Of a DNA stretch of 64,000 nt, positions 1-9,285 are shown one piece after another; position 1 is the first letter of the stretch; each line of letters begins with the position of its first letter. Origin of the DNA: Hyalangium minutum (GTDB lineage Bacteria; Myxococcota; Myxococcia; Myxococcales; Myxococcaceae); contig NZ_JMCB01000015.1 of NCBI RefSeq assembly GCF_000737315.1, positions 187,302-251,301 of the forward strand, in the 5' to 3' direction. A program made the position numbers and the translations under genes. A model generated the notes under the pieces. That model ran no database searches, was not told the origin of the DNA, and saw only the letters and a list, made by a program, of their open reading frames with translations.

Positions 1-2
1 CG

Positions 3-917
3 TACGCCCTGAAGTTCATCTCTGGGAAGTACCAGGGTGGCGAGTTCCCCCTGAAGCAGGACAAGCAGATCGTCATCGGCCGGTCCAGCGAACTGGACAT
101 GGTGCTGGTGGAGGACATGGTCTCGCGCAAGCACGCGAAGATCATGATCGCCAGCGGCGCCATCACCATCGAAGACCTGGGCTCCACCAACGGCACCTTC
201 GTCAACGGTGAGAAGGTGAAGCAGGCCCGGCTCAAGGAGGGCGATCGCATCCTGATCGGCACCTCCATCCTCAAGCTCATCCAGCAGGGCGCCGACTCGG
301 TCAACGTGGACGAGAACGTCGTCAAGCAGAAGCTCGAGGAGGCCGCGGCGGCCCAGGCGGCCCGCTCCACGAAGACGTCGTCCATGACGGGGAAGATCGA
401 GGAGATCCCCCTGCCGGACCTGCTGCAGCTCTTCCACACGTCGAAGAAGAACGGCGTGCTCGTCATCACCAACGAGCGCGAGGGGAAGATCTACCTGCGC
501 CAGGGTCGCGTGTACTACGCGGTCATCGACGAGAACCACAACCTGGGGCCGCAGAAGAGCTTCAACCGCATCATCACCTGGGAAGTGGGCGACTTCGAGC
601 TGCGCCCGGCGGACAACCAGGAGTTCATGGTGGAGCTGGACTCGTCCACCGAGGCGCTGCTGATGGACGCGCTTCGCCAGCTGGACGAGTTCAAGCGCAT
701 CCAGGGGCAGCTGCCGGACATCAACATGGCCATGCGCCTGTCCCAGCCGCTGACGGCTCCGCTCAAGGAACTGACGCCCGAGCTGCTGGATGTGCTGCAG
801 CTGGTGCACAACTACGGCAGCCTCGCGGGCGTGCTGGACCATGCGGACCAGGACGACGTGCTCACCGCCGAGGCGGTGGTGCAGCTGCTCAAGCGCGAAT
901 ACATCACCGCGGGGTAA
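3..917 (+). CDS. FHA domain + DUF4388 (PatA-N-like) protein, 5' end outside window
   Basis: Frame is open from base 3 (YALKFISGKYQGGEFPL...IGRSSELDMVL...VSRKHA...DLGSTNGTFVNG), giving the FHA motifs GR, SRxH and NGT. The C-terminal GKIEEIPLPDLLQL...GKIYLRQGRV pattern is typical of DUF4388. Confidence 0.85.
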   Translation, partial: YALKFISGKYQGGEFPLKQDKQIVIGRSSELDMVLVEDMVSRKHAKIMIASGAITIEDLGSTNGTFVNGEKVKQARLKEGDRILIGTSILKLIQQGADSVNVDENVVKQKLEEAAAAQAARSTKTSSMTGKIEEIPLPDLLQLFHTSKKNGVLVITNEREGKIYLRQGRVYYAVIDENHNLGPQKSFNRIITWEVGDFELRPADNQEFMVELDSSTEALLMDALRQLDEFKRIQGQLPDINMAMRLSQPLTAPLKELTPELLDVLQLVHNYGSLAGVLDHADQDDVLTAEAVVQLLKREYITAG

Positions 918-921
918 GGCC

Positions 922-1977
922 ATGGCGGACGAACTGCAGAAGCCCAAGCGGCTCACCGAATTGAGTCACTGTGCGGGCTGAGCGGCAAAGCTCCGGCCCG
1001 CGGATCTGGCGCAGGTCTTGCGTCACTTGAAGAGAGCGAAGGGTCCTCAGGCGTTGGTGGGGTTCGCCACCAACGATGACGCGGCCGTGTACCGTGTGGC
1101 GCCCGGCCTGGCCGTGGTGGAGACGGTGGACTTCTTCCCGCCCGTGGTGGACGACCCGTTCCAGTTCGGGGCCATCGCCGCGGCGAACGCGCTCTCGGAC
1201 ATCTATGCGATGGGGGCGCGGCCTATCTTCGCGCTCAACCTGGTGGGCTTCCCCAAGGAGCTGCCGCTCTCCATCCTCTCGAAGATCCTGGCGGGTGGGC
1301 AGTCGAAGGCGGACGAGGCGGGCATCCCCATCCTCGGCGGCCACAGCGTGCAGGACCCCGAGCCCAAGTACGGCATGGCCGTCACCGGCGTGGTGCACCC
1401 GAAGAAGGTGCTCACCAATGCGGGGGCGAAGCCGGGGGACGTGCTCATTCTCACCAAGCCGCTGGGCTCGGGGATCGCCACCACGGCTATCAAGCGGGGC
1501 GTGGCCTCCAAGGCGCTGATGAAGCGCGTGGTGGGCGTCATGTCTCAGCTCAACCGCGCCGCCGGAGAGACGTTCGCCTCGGGCAAGTTCAAGGTGAACG
1601 CGCTCACGGATGTGACGGGCTTCGGCCTGCTGGGGCACCTGCTGGAGATGATGACGGGCGCCAAGACTCGGGCCCTGCTGTCGCTGGAGCGCATCCCCAT
1701 CATCCAGGACGTGCCGGCGCTGGCCTCCCAGGGCGTGGTGCCGGGCGGGACGAAGGCCAACCTCGCCCATGTGAGCAAGCGCGTGCGCTTCCCCGAGGGA
1801 CTGCCCGAGGAGATTCAGTGGGTGCTCGCGGACGCGCAGACCAATGGAGGGCTGCTGGCCTCCGTGCCGGCCCGCGACGCGCGCAAGGCGTTCCTCGCCC
1901 TGGACAAGGCGGGGGTGGATGCCGCCCTCATTGGCGAGGTGGCTCGCGGCCGCCCGGGGATTGATGTCGTGGGCTGA
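922..1977 (+). CDS. selD: Selenide, water dikinase SelD with in-frame UGA (predicted selenocysteine, codon 20)
   Basis: ATG at 922 reads MADELQKPKRLTELSHCAG-[TGA 979-981]-AAKLRPADLAQVL in the same frame as track ORF 1018..1977 (DDAAVY, TVDFFPPVVDDP, GGHS, DVTGFGLLGH, DAQTNGGLL). The UGA sits at the catalytic Cys/Sec position of SelD. Confidence 0.93.
1008..1024 (+). promoter_or_regulatory. Candidate bacterial SECIS upper hairpin
   Basis: GGCGCA-GGTCT-TGCGTC forms a 6-bp stem (one G-U pair) with a GGUCU loop starting 32 nt after the UGA. The loop resembles the apical loop of the E. coli fdhF SECIS. Confidence 0.65.
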
Positions 1978-2031
1978 AGGCCTGGGTGGGATTCACCCCA
2001 GGGCTCCGGCTTCGATAGCATTCCGAGCGCC

Positions 2032-2856
2032 ATGACGCTCCGCACCATCGTCCCGCTCCTGTTGCTGCTCCTGGCCCCGTCTGCTCGCGCTGAGCGCGGC
2101 CTTCGCATCGTCATTGATCCGGGCCACGGTGGCTCCCAAGAGGGGGCCAAGGGGCCGGGCACCCTGCAAGAGAAGGACGTGGTGCTCCAGCTGGCGAAGC
2201 GGCTGCGGGAGCGGCTGGAGAAGGAGGTGGGGGCGCAGGTGTTCCTCACCCGCGAGAAGGACGGGACGCTGCCCCTGCCGGACCGCGTGCACTTCGCCAA
2301 CGGCAAGCGGCCGGATGTGTTCCTCTCCATCCACGCCAACTCCATGCCCACCAAGAAGCTGCGCGAGCGCATCGAGGGCATCGAGACGTACTTCCTGTCG
2401 GCGACAGCCTCGGGAGCGGGGGCGCGCTCGGTGGCGGACCGCGAGAACGCGGATGGGCCCTCGGGGCAGGCGGCCCAGAATGACTCGGCGCTGAACTTCA
2501 TCCTGCATGACCTGGTGCGGATGGAGGCCCACGTGGGCTCGTCGCGGCTGGCCTACTCCATCCACGAGAAGCTCATCGCCGCCACGGGGGCCGAGGACCG
2601 GGGCGTGCTGCAGGCGCCCTTCTTCGTGCTCACGGGCGTGGAGGCCCCGGCGGTGCTCATCGAGGTGGGTTACATCTCGCACCCCCAGGAGGGCGTGCAG
2701 CTGGGGCGCGCCGAGTACCAGGACAAGCTGGTGGGAGCCATCACCGAGGGGGTGAAGGGCTTCCTGCGCGAGCTGAACAAGCGGGACCACAAGGGAGGGG
2801 AGCCTTCCGGCGAGCCGGCGGAAGGTGCGCCAGTGGCCAGTCCCGCATCTCCTTGA
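2032..2856 (+). CDS. N-acetylmuramoyl-L-alanine amidase (Amidase_3)
   Basis: Signal peptide followed by IDPGHGG, EKDV, LTRE, FLSIHAN and AVLIEVGY zinc-amidase motifs. Confidence 0.92.
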   Translation: MTLRTIVPLLLLLLAPSARAERGLRIVIDPGHGGSQEGAKGPGTLQEKDVVLQLAKRLRERLEKEVGAQVFLTREKDGTLPLPDRVHFANGKRPDVFLSIHANSMPTKKLRERIEGIETYFLSATASGAGARSVADRENADGPSGQAAQNDSALNFILHDLVRMEAHVGSSRLAYSIHEKLIAATGAEDRGVLQAPFFVLTGVEAPAVLIEVGYISHPQEGVQLGRAEYQDKLVGAITEGVKGFLRELNKRDHKGGEPSGEPAEGAPVASPASP

Positions 2857-2914
2857 GCCGGAAGGGGCGGGCTCTGGTAGAGAGCGGACCTCTCTCTAGC
2901 CCGAGGAGCTGCCC

Positions 2915-3628
2915 GTGCGGTCCTTTCAACGCGGAGCGCTGGATCTTCGCCCCGTCACCCTGACGCCTGGTGTGAACCGTCACGCCGAGGGCTCCACCCA
3001 GGTGGAGTTCGGCCACACCCGCGTCATCGTCACCTGCTCGATAGAGGAGCGCGTGCCGCCGCACCTGATGGGGAAGGGGACCGGCTGGGTGACGGCCGAG
3101 TACGGCATGCTCCCGCGCTCCACGCATACCCGCACCCAGCGCGAGGCCGCCAAGGGCAAGCAGACCGGCCGGACCATGGAGATTCAGCGCCTCATCGGCC
3201 GCTCCATGCGCGCGGCGATCGATCTCGCGGCGCTGGGGCCTCGCACCCTGACGCTGGACTGCGATGTCATCCAGGCGGACGGTGGCACGCGCACCGCGTC
3301 TATTACGGGCGCGTACGTGGCGCTGGTGATGGCGCTGCGCAACCTGCAGAGCCGGGGCGTCATGTCGAAGATTCCGAGCCTCACGCCGCTGGCCGCGGTC
3401 TCCGTGGGCGTGGTGAACGGCGAGGTGCGGGTGGACCTCGACTATGAGGAGGACTCGAGCGCGGACGTGGACCTGAACCTGGTGGCCACAGGGGACGGGC
3501 GCATCGTCGAGGTGCAGGGCACGGCTGAGCACAAGCTCTTCGACCGGAAGCTGCTGGACGGGATGCTCGATGGTGGTCTCGCGGCCATCCAGCAGCTCAC
3601 GGCGGCGCAGGCGAAGGTGCTGGGATGA
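2915..3628 (+). CDS. rph: Ribonuclease PH
   Basis: [45 protein letters not shown] and EVQGTAE motifs. GTG start. Confidence 0.97.
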   Translation: MRSFQRGALDLRPVTLTPGVNRHAEGSTQVEFGHTRVIVTCSIEERVPPHLMGKGTGWVTAEYGMLPRSTHTRTQREAAKGKQTGRTMEIQRLIGRSMRAAIDLAALGPRTLTLDCDVIQADGGTRTASITGAYVALVMALRNLQSRGVMSKIPSLTPLAAVSVGVVNGEVRVDLDYEEDSSADVDLNLVATGDGRIVEVQGTAEHKLFDRKLLDGMLDGGLAAIQQLTAAQAKVLG

Positions 3629-4221
3629 AGCCCCGGCTGCTGTTTGCCACCACCAACCCCGGCAAGCTGAAGGAGCTGCGCCTGCTGGTGGGGGACGCGG
3701 TGGAGCTGGTGTCCTTGAAGGACCTGCCACCCATCCCCGAGCCGGTGGAGGACGGGACGACCTTCGAGGCCAATGCGGAGAAGAAGGCCCGGGAGTACGC
3801 GGCGGCCTCGGGGCTGCCCACCCTGGCGGACGACTCGGGGCTCTGCGTGGACACCCTGGGCGGGCGGCCAGGCGTCCACTCGGCGCGCTATGCCCCCGGA
3901 GATGACCGGGCGAGGTACCTGAAGCTCCTCGGGGAGCTCGAGGGGATGCCGGAGGAGCGCCGGACGGCTGCGTTCCAGTGCGCCCTGTGCCTGGCGATTC
4001 CTGGCAAGGGGGCGAAGGTGGAGGTGGGGCGCTGCGAGGGACGCATCCTCACGGCTCCTCGGGGCACCCACGGCTTCGGGTACGACCCGGTGTTCTTCGT
4101 GCCGTCGCTGGGGAAGACGGTGGCGGAGCTGGCGCCGGAGGAGAAGGCGGCGGTGTCGCATCGCGGACAGGCCTTCCGGAAGATGTTACCGGCGCTGCTG
4201 GCGCTCCAAGCAGGCGGGTAG
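3625..4221 (+). CDS. rdgB: dITP/XTP pyrophosphatase (RdgB/HAM1)
   Basis: [33 protein letters not shown] and SHRG motifs. ATGA overlap with rph. Confidence 0.96.
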   Translation: MKPRLLFATTNPGKLKELRLLVGDAVELVSLKDLPPIPEPVEDGTTFEANAEKKAREYAAASGLPTLADDSGLCVDTLGGRPGVHSARYAPGDDRARYLKLLGELEGMPEERRTAAFQCALCLAIPGKGAKVEVGRCEGRILTAPRGTHGFGYDPVFFVPSLGKTVAELAPEEKAAVSHRGQAFRKMLPALLALQAGG

Positions 4222-4244
4222 CAAACACGTCAGTCAGGTTCACC

Positions 4245-4274
4245 TTGCACGTCCGTGCGCAATGTCACAAGAAT
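4245..4274 (+). promoter_or_regulatory. Possible sigma70-type promoter for the tRNA cluster
   Basis: TTGCAC (4245-4250), 18-nt spacer, AAGAAT (4269-4274), just upstream of tRNA-Pro. Confidence 0.4.
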
Positions 4275-4286
4275 GGCCGTCTTCAT

Positions 4287-4364
<78 letters not shown>

Positions 4365-4385
4365 GAAGAAGTAGGGACGGTAGAA

Positions 4386-4462
4386 GCTCCAGTAGCTCAG
4401 CTGGATAGAGCATCGGCCTTCTAAGCCGGGGGTCGCAGGTTCGAGTCCTGCCTGGGGCGCCA
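4386..4462 (+). tRNA. tRNA-Arg(TCT)
   Basis: Anticodon arm TCGGC-CTTCTAA-GCCGG and T-loop TTCGAGT. Ends in GCCA. Confidence 0.95.
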
Positions 4463-4554
4463 ACCTTCCTGGAGCAAAATTGGGCCTTGTCAGGCTCCCG
4501 GCTTCCGCGATAGGGAAGCCGCCCGTTTCACCTTGTGGTACGTAGCAGCAGCAC

Positions 4555-4629
4555 GGCGGCCATAGCTCAACTGGTTAGAGCGCTGGACTGTGACTCCAGA
4601 GGTTACCGGTTCGACCCCGGTTGGCCGCC
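4555..4629 (+). tRNA. tRNA-His(GTG)
   Basis: G-1/C73 pair, anticodon arm CTGGA-CTGTGAC-TCCAG, T-arm ACCGG-TTCGACC-CCGGT. Confidence 0.94.
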
Positions 4630-4645
4630 CACCTTTTCTCCCCAA

Positions 4646-4719
4646 GCGCCTATAGCTCAACTGGATAGAGCATTGGCCTTCGAAGCCAAGGGTTGGGGGT
4701 TCAAGTCCCTCTGGGCGCG
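4646..4719 (+). tRNA. tRNA-Arg(TCG)
   Basis: Acceptor GCGCCTA/TGGGCGC, anticodon arm TTGGC-CTTCGAA-GCCAA, T-loop TTCAAGT. Confidence 0.93.
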
Positions 4720-4732
4720 CTCCTGATGGACC

Positions 4733-4778
4733 AAGAGGCTGGAATCCCTGGGAACCTTCCCTCGGACTCCAGCCTCTT
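4733..4778. terminator. Hairpin between the tRNA cluster and the convergent gene
   Basis: AAGAGGCTGGA ... TCCAGCCTCTT forms an 11-bp inverted repeat. Confidence 0.5.
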
Positions 4779-4807
4779 CGCTTTGGGGGCCGCTCTGTAC
4801 TTCTCAC

Positions 4808-6328
4808 TCAGTGAGAAGCGGACGCTCGCCAGTCCTCGCGGCGCTGCGCCTGAGCCGCTTTCCGCGGCAGAACGATGAGCTGCGTGGGCTCCCGGGCGAC
4901 CACCCGCAGAGCGTGAGCGGCCTCCATCAGCACGGAGCTTCGCGTCGTCACCCACATCCCCGCGCGCTCGAACTCCACCCGCCCCGAGAGTACGAACAAG
5001 GAGCAGCCTTCCTCCACGGAGAGTGACTCCTGGAGGGCCAGCTCGCGGTGCTGGCCCTGCCGCAGCCATGCCAACCGTCCCTTGCGGCCGAGCGGGCTGA
5101 AGCGGGTGTTGTCCCGCACCAGATCATCGAAGCGGCGGCCGGCGAAGGTCTGCCAGACCCCCTGCCGCAGGTGGGCATGGGCCGCGAGCAGCGGCAGCAG
5201 CACCGAGCGCGGGATGCGCACGAGCGTCGAGGCCGTGGCGGTGCGGATGGCTGCGGAGCGGCGCTCGCCCGCGAGCATGGCCATCTCTCCGAACACCGCA
5301 CCCGTGCCCAGCTCGTCCACCACCTTCTCCTCGCCTCCGTCCTCCGCGAGCACATAGGCGGCGCCGCGCACCAGCAGGTACAGCTCATCGCTGGCGTCTC
5401 CCTTGCGGAAGACGTGCTGGCCCGCGGGCAGCGTGAGGAACTCCGCGCGGCGGACCAGCGCCTCCAGGGTGGGCGTGTCGAAGTGGGCGAAGAGCGGTGA
5501 CTGACGCACCTGCTTCATCCCGTGGGAGCGCAGCAGGCGGGCGGCCCCCGGCAGCTTCCGCGCCAGCGCCTTCACCGTCTCCACGGGTTGGCGCAGCTTG
5601 CGCCCGCACACCGTCCGAACGAGGTGCGCCATGTTGCTCACGGTCAACGGCACCAGCGTCATCAGCCCGTGCCCCTCGCCGTAGCTGGGATTGGCTTCCG
5701 TGAAGAAGCGGGCCGCCGGCTTGTCACAGTGCTGCCAGTACTCCCGCTCCACCTCCGTCTCGCGCGTCTTCCAGCCCACCTGCCGCACGAGGGGCCGCTC
5801 TGGCGTCACCTGCTTGAGCCCGAATCCGCTGGCCAGCTCCCCGATGAAGGACTGCAGCTCGGGGGGAACCGCCCCCTCGCGCTGGGGCCACACCTGGCCA
5901 AAGTACCGGGCCAGCAGCGTGTAGCTGGAGGGGTGCACCAGCGCCCCGAGGTAGTAGGCCCGGCGTCCGGGATTCCGCAGCAGGTAGCTCAGCGCCAGCG
6001 GCATGCCGAAGCGCATGGTGACGTTGCCACCCCGGTAGGCGCGCAGGGAGCCCGCCTCGGCCCGGAACACCGCCGTGGGCACTCCGCCCAGCGTCCGCTC
6101 GAAGATGTGCAGGCCGCAGTAGCCCACGATGTCGCCGGCCTCGTTCCGGTGGATCTGGATCCACGTGTGCTCGGCCTTGGACTCAACGACGTACTGAGTG
6201 AATGCCTCGAACTCCACGCCATCGAAGATCTGCTCGTGGACCGCATAGAGCGCGCGGGCAAGCTGCTGGCGCTCCTCGGCGGACAGGGACTTGGGGACGA
6301 CAACATCGGTGCTGGAGATACGGGACAT
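4808..6328 (-). CDS. Cyclic-nucleotide-binding domain protein with an N-terminal GNAT-like domain
   Basis: ATG at 6328 (MSRISSTDVV). cNMP motif VFRKGD...LYLLVRG...GAVFGEMAML...RSAAIRTAT. The N-terminal half has a GNAT-like strand pattern (IVGY...VFRAEAGSLRAYRG). Confidence 0.75.
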   Translation of the reverse strand: MSRISSTDVVVPKSLSAEERQQLARALYAVHEQIFDGVEFEAFTQYVVESKAEHTWIQIHRNEAGDIVGYCGLHIFERTLGGVPTAVFRAEAGSLRAYRGGNVTMRFGMPLALSYLLRNPGRRAYYLGALVHPSSYTLLARYFGQVWPQREGAVPPELQSFIGELASGFGLKQVTPERPLVRQVGWKTRETEVEREYWQHCDKPAARFFTEANPSYGEGHGLMTLVPLTVSNMAHLVRTVCGRKLRQPVETVKALARKLPGAARLLRSHGMKQVRQSPLFAHFDTPTLEALVRRAEFLTLPAGQHVFRKGDASDELYLLVRGAAYVLAEDGGEEKVVDELGTGAVFGEMAMLAGERRSAAIRTATASTLVRIPRSVLLPLLAAHAHLRQGVWQTFAGRRFDDLVRDNTRFSPLGRKGRLAWLRQGQHRELALQESLSVEEGCSLFVLSGRVEFERAGMWVTTRSSVLMEAAHALRVVAREPTQLIVLPRKAAQAQRREDWRASASH

Positions 6329-6558
6329 GGTGGCGTGCTTGGGAAGGGGAGAAGTAAGGGCCTTCCGATGAACGCCACACTGCCGGACGCACCGCCCTGG
6401 CACTGTGAGGCAGCCGACAGCAGGGATGTGAGCGCCTTCACCCGAAAGTCGTTCGGGGCGCTCCTGATGGCCAAAAGGGCAGGTCACCCCAGGGCCGCTC
6501 CACCCTGGCCTATACTCCGGACGCGGTTCCTTGATGAAGGTTCAGGGGGGGCTCTGGG

Positions 6559-7539
6559 ATGGGAGACAACGCTTCGGACACATCGGCGGCCACGCCCTCC
6601 GAGACGCCGTGGGCGCTCGCGCAGCGCCTCGCCGAGCAGGGACTGCCGCTGCTTGCCGTGCGAGAGCGGTTGCTGCAGGCAGGCCTTCCGTCCGATGACG
6701 TGGCGACGCTGCTTCGTGCGCTCAGCCTGAAGTCCGTGGCGGCCCCGAGTGAGCGCGAACCGGCTCAAGAGCCCAACACCATGGGCGTCCTGGTCGGGGT
6801 GGCCAAGGCGGGGCTGAGCGCACATGTCTTGATCACCCAGGGGAGCTGGGACGCAGGGAAGGTCATGCTCTCCGACATGCTGCAGGTGACCACCGGCTTC
6901 ATGGGCGGAGGGCCCGGCGACGCATCCGTGGCACCCGCGCAGCCCAAGACCGCTTCCTCGGAGCAGGTTCCCGTGGAAGTGGCTCCCTTCGAGGTGGCGG
7001 ACGGCTCGCCGCGGTGCCGGGTACATCCTCGGCTGCCCGCGGTAGACCTCTGCCCGCGCTGCGGCGCCTCCACGTGTTACACCTGCGCTCGGAAGAAGGG
7101 CTTCGGTGGCAGCGAGTTCTGCACCACTTGCGAGCAGCATCCCTCGGTGCGAGCAGCCCGGGTGAAGAAGGCCTCGCGCTGGCTTGCTGCGGCCATTCTC
7201 CTGGAGACAGGAGTGCTGCTGGGGCTCGGGTTTGTTGCACCGCTGCTCGGCACTCTCGAGGAGGCTGGGTTCTCCATTCCTTCCGAGGTGGTGTTGAGCC
7301 TTCCCTTCGGCTTACTGGGCCTCGTGCAGGGGTTCGTGCGTCACCCGTGGCCCGGCGTGGTAGGGGCCGTCGGCTCGGGAGGGGTGATGCTCGCGATCCT
7401 CTTTGGTGCTCGGGATGAGGTGCCTCCCGAGCTCCTCGTGGCGCTGGTGGCGCCACTGGCCGTCATGCTCTTCGTTCTCGAACGGCTGGCCGCGCGTCGC
7501 AAGGCGCAGCGCGTCCCGCGAGGCGCGAAGGCGGGATGA
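6559..7539 (+). CDS. Hypothetical membrane protein with a B-box-like Cys/His zinc finger
   Basis: CRVHP...CPRCG...CYTC...CTTC followed by about 4 hydrophobic segments. Confidence 0.6.
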   Translation: MGDNASDTSAATPSETPWALAQRLAEQGLPLLAVRERLLQAGLPSDDVATLLRALSLKSVAAPSEREPAQEPNTMGVLVGVAKAGLSAHVLITQGSWDAGKVMLSDMLQVTTGFMGGGPGDASVAPAQPKTASSEQVPVEVAPFEVADGSPRCRVHPRLPAVDLCPRCGASTCYTCARKKGFGGSEFCTTCEQHPSVRAARVKKASRWLAAAILLETGVLLGLGFVAPLLGTLEEAGFSIPSEVVLSLPFGLLGLVQGFVRHPWPGVVGAVGSGGVMLAILFGARDEVPPELLVALVAPLAVMLFVLERLAARRKAQRVPRGAKAG

Positions 7540-7585
7540 CGCACCTCAAAGTCATCCCGCGCGAGTGAGGCAGGGACCGCGCGGC

Positions 7586-9031
7586 TCACATCGTCGAGGT
7601 GGGCGCGATGGGCTCGGGGATGCCGCGCATCCGGTAGCCGAAGCGGGTGCGGATGATGGCGCCGAAGGCGACCAGCGTGGCCAGCGTCAGCACCACCGGG
7701 CCAATCCCCGGGATGGCGCCCACCGTCAGCAGCGCGAGCAGCCCCATCGCCAGCACCGCCGCCTGCGTCTTCCGGCCGCGCAGCACCGGCACCTTCACGC
7801 CGATCTCGCTGGCCAGCACAGCCAAGCCCATGGCCGCCACCACCGGTAGCACCAGCCACATCACCAGCGCCACCGGGATGCCGATGATGGTGATGGCCAG
7901 CACCGCCGTGAGCGGGACAAGCGCGATGAGCCCCAGCAGCCCTGTCACGCCGCTCTTGAGGGGCTGGCTCTTGATCTCCGCCGACAGCTCCTTCATGCGC
8001 GCCGGGAAGAGCAGCTGCCCCAGGAAGCCCAGTCCGAACAGCGCGGCGAACCGGAGGATGAACCCGATGAACCCTCCACCCGAGTGCCGCTCGGAGCGCT
8101 CGGATGTGTTGCTGGCCGTGGTCACCTCTTCGGCAGACTCCTCCTCGGGAGCCTGCTGCTTGAGGCTGTCCTTGACCTCGCTGGCCACCAGGGCGCCGAT
8201 GCCTCCGCCGCCGAAGGACTCGGTGCTGCCCTCCACGGCCGAGCCGTCCTCGCGGATGACCGAGCCGCCAATCGCCGACACATCCCCCCCCACCGAGGCC
8301 CCGTCGTGCAGGATGACGTTGCCGCCGAAGGCGTTGGCATCCCCCTCCACCCGGCCGTAGACGTCCAGGTTGCCGCCGAACGCGTTGGCGTCTTCCTCCA
8401 CCATCCCCTTCACCACCAGGTTGCCGCCGTAGACGACGGCGTTGTCCACCGTGTCGTGCTCCTTCACCTCGAGCGTCTGGCCACGGGCCACCACGTCGTG
8501 CTCCCCCGTGCCCCGGCGCTGCGCCCGACGCACCTCCTGGCGGATCCGCTGCTGGATCTCCTTCGTCGAGTCGAGGTCATCCGCCGAGAGCACCGGCATG
8601 GCCGGCATGGAGGGCATCGCCGGCATGGAGGGCATCGCCGACATGGAGGGCAGGGCGGCCGCGGGAGGCGTCACGCTCGCGGTCTTCTCCGCGGCCGTCA
8701 TGGGGCGCAGCGTGAAGATGGAGCCATCCTGCTCCAGGCGCAGCGAGTAGGTGCGCGCTACGGTGCGCAGGGCCTGCTCGGCGGTGATGCCCTGCAGGTG
8801 CACCTCCACGGCGGTGTCTAGCTCGCCCGTGGCCACCAGGTTGAGGCCCCCTTCCTCGGAGATGCGCTTGAGCGCGTCCTTGAGCGTGCCGCGGAAGCTC
8901 ACGTCGATGGTCTTCACGGCGGGCGAGGCGGCGGGGGCCTCGGCGGAAGAAGGAGCAGAGGTCTCCTGGGCGAGGGCGACCGGAGCGCCGAGCAGGAGGG
9001 TGGGCAACAGGAGTCGAGGAGCGATCTTCAT
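7586..9031 (-). CDS. STN-like domain + beta-helix (bactofilin/polymer-forming-like) repeats + C-terminal multi-pass membrane domain
   Basis: Signal peptide MKIAPRLLLPTLLLGAPVALA; STN-like FRGTLKDALKRI...GITAEQALRTV; repeats GGNLxVxGxVExDANAFGG; about 4 C-terminal TM helices. Confidence 0.7.
   Translation of the reverse strand: MKIAPRLLLPTLLLGAPVALAQETSAPSSAEAPAASPAVKTIDVSFRGTLKDALKRISEEGGLNLVATGELDTAVEVHLQGITAEQALRTVARTYSLRLEQDGSIFTLRPMTAAEKTASVTPPAAALPSMSAMPSMPAMPSMPAMPVLSADDLDSTKEIQQRIRQEVRRAQRRGTGEHDVVARGQTLEVKEHDTVDNAVVYGGNLVVKGMVEEDANAFGGNLDVYGRVEGDANAFGGNVILHDGASVGGDVSAIGGSVIREDGSAVEGSTESFGGGGIGALVASEVKDSLKQQAPEEESAEEVTTASNTSERSERHSGGGFIGFILRFAALFGLGFLGQLLFPARMKELSAEIKSQPLKSGVTGLLGLIALVPLTAVLAITIIGIPVALVMWLVLPVVAAMGLAVLASEIGVKVPVLRGRKTQAAVLAMGLLALLTVGAIPGIGPVVLTLATLVAFGAIIRTRFGYRMRGIPEPIAPTSTM
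8601..8654. repeat. 18-bp coding minisatellite x3 (Pro/Ser/Met/Ala linker)
   Basis: GCCGGCATGGAGGGCATC occurs twice plus one variant copy, encoding PSMSAMPSMPAMPSMPAM on the minus strand. Confidence 0.85.
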
Positions 9032-9285
9032 GGGGCACCTGGGCGAGGTTGCCTGGCCCGCGACGCCCCGGTGAGCCGGGGACTGCGGACCAGGCGAGGA
9101 GAGCGACAGCGTTCGCATCCAGGTCTACGGGGCAGGCTTCCCCCCATTGCACCCTGATCATCGTTCCCAAGGGAGAGCGCGGACGCCCGCCTGCCGCTCT
9201 GGCCTCAGCGAGGGGAGGTGGGCTTTTCACCCAGGCTGTACGGCCGGGGGACTCCGCTGGAGGGGATCCGCGCTAATCTGTAGGC

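Noticed and set aside
1018-1977. ORF-track selD start at TTG 1018, or selD as a nonsense pseudogene
   Set aside because: It would omit the catalytic N-terminal motif. The UGA falls exactly at the Cys/Sec position and a SECIS-like hairpin follows.
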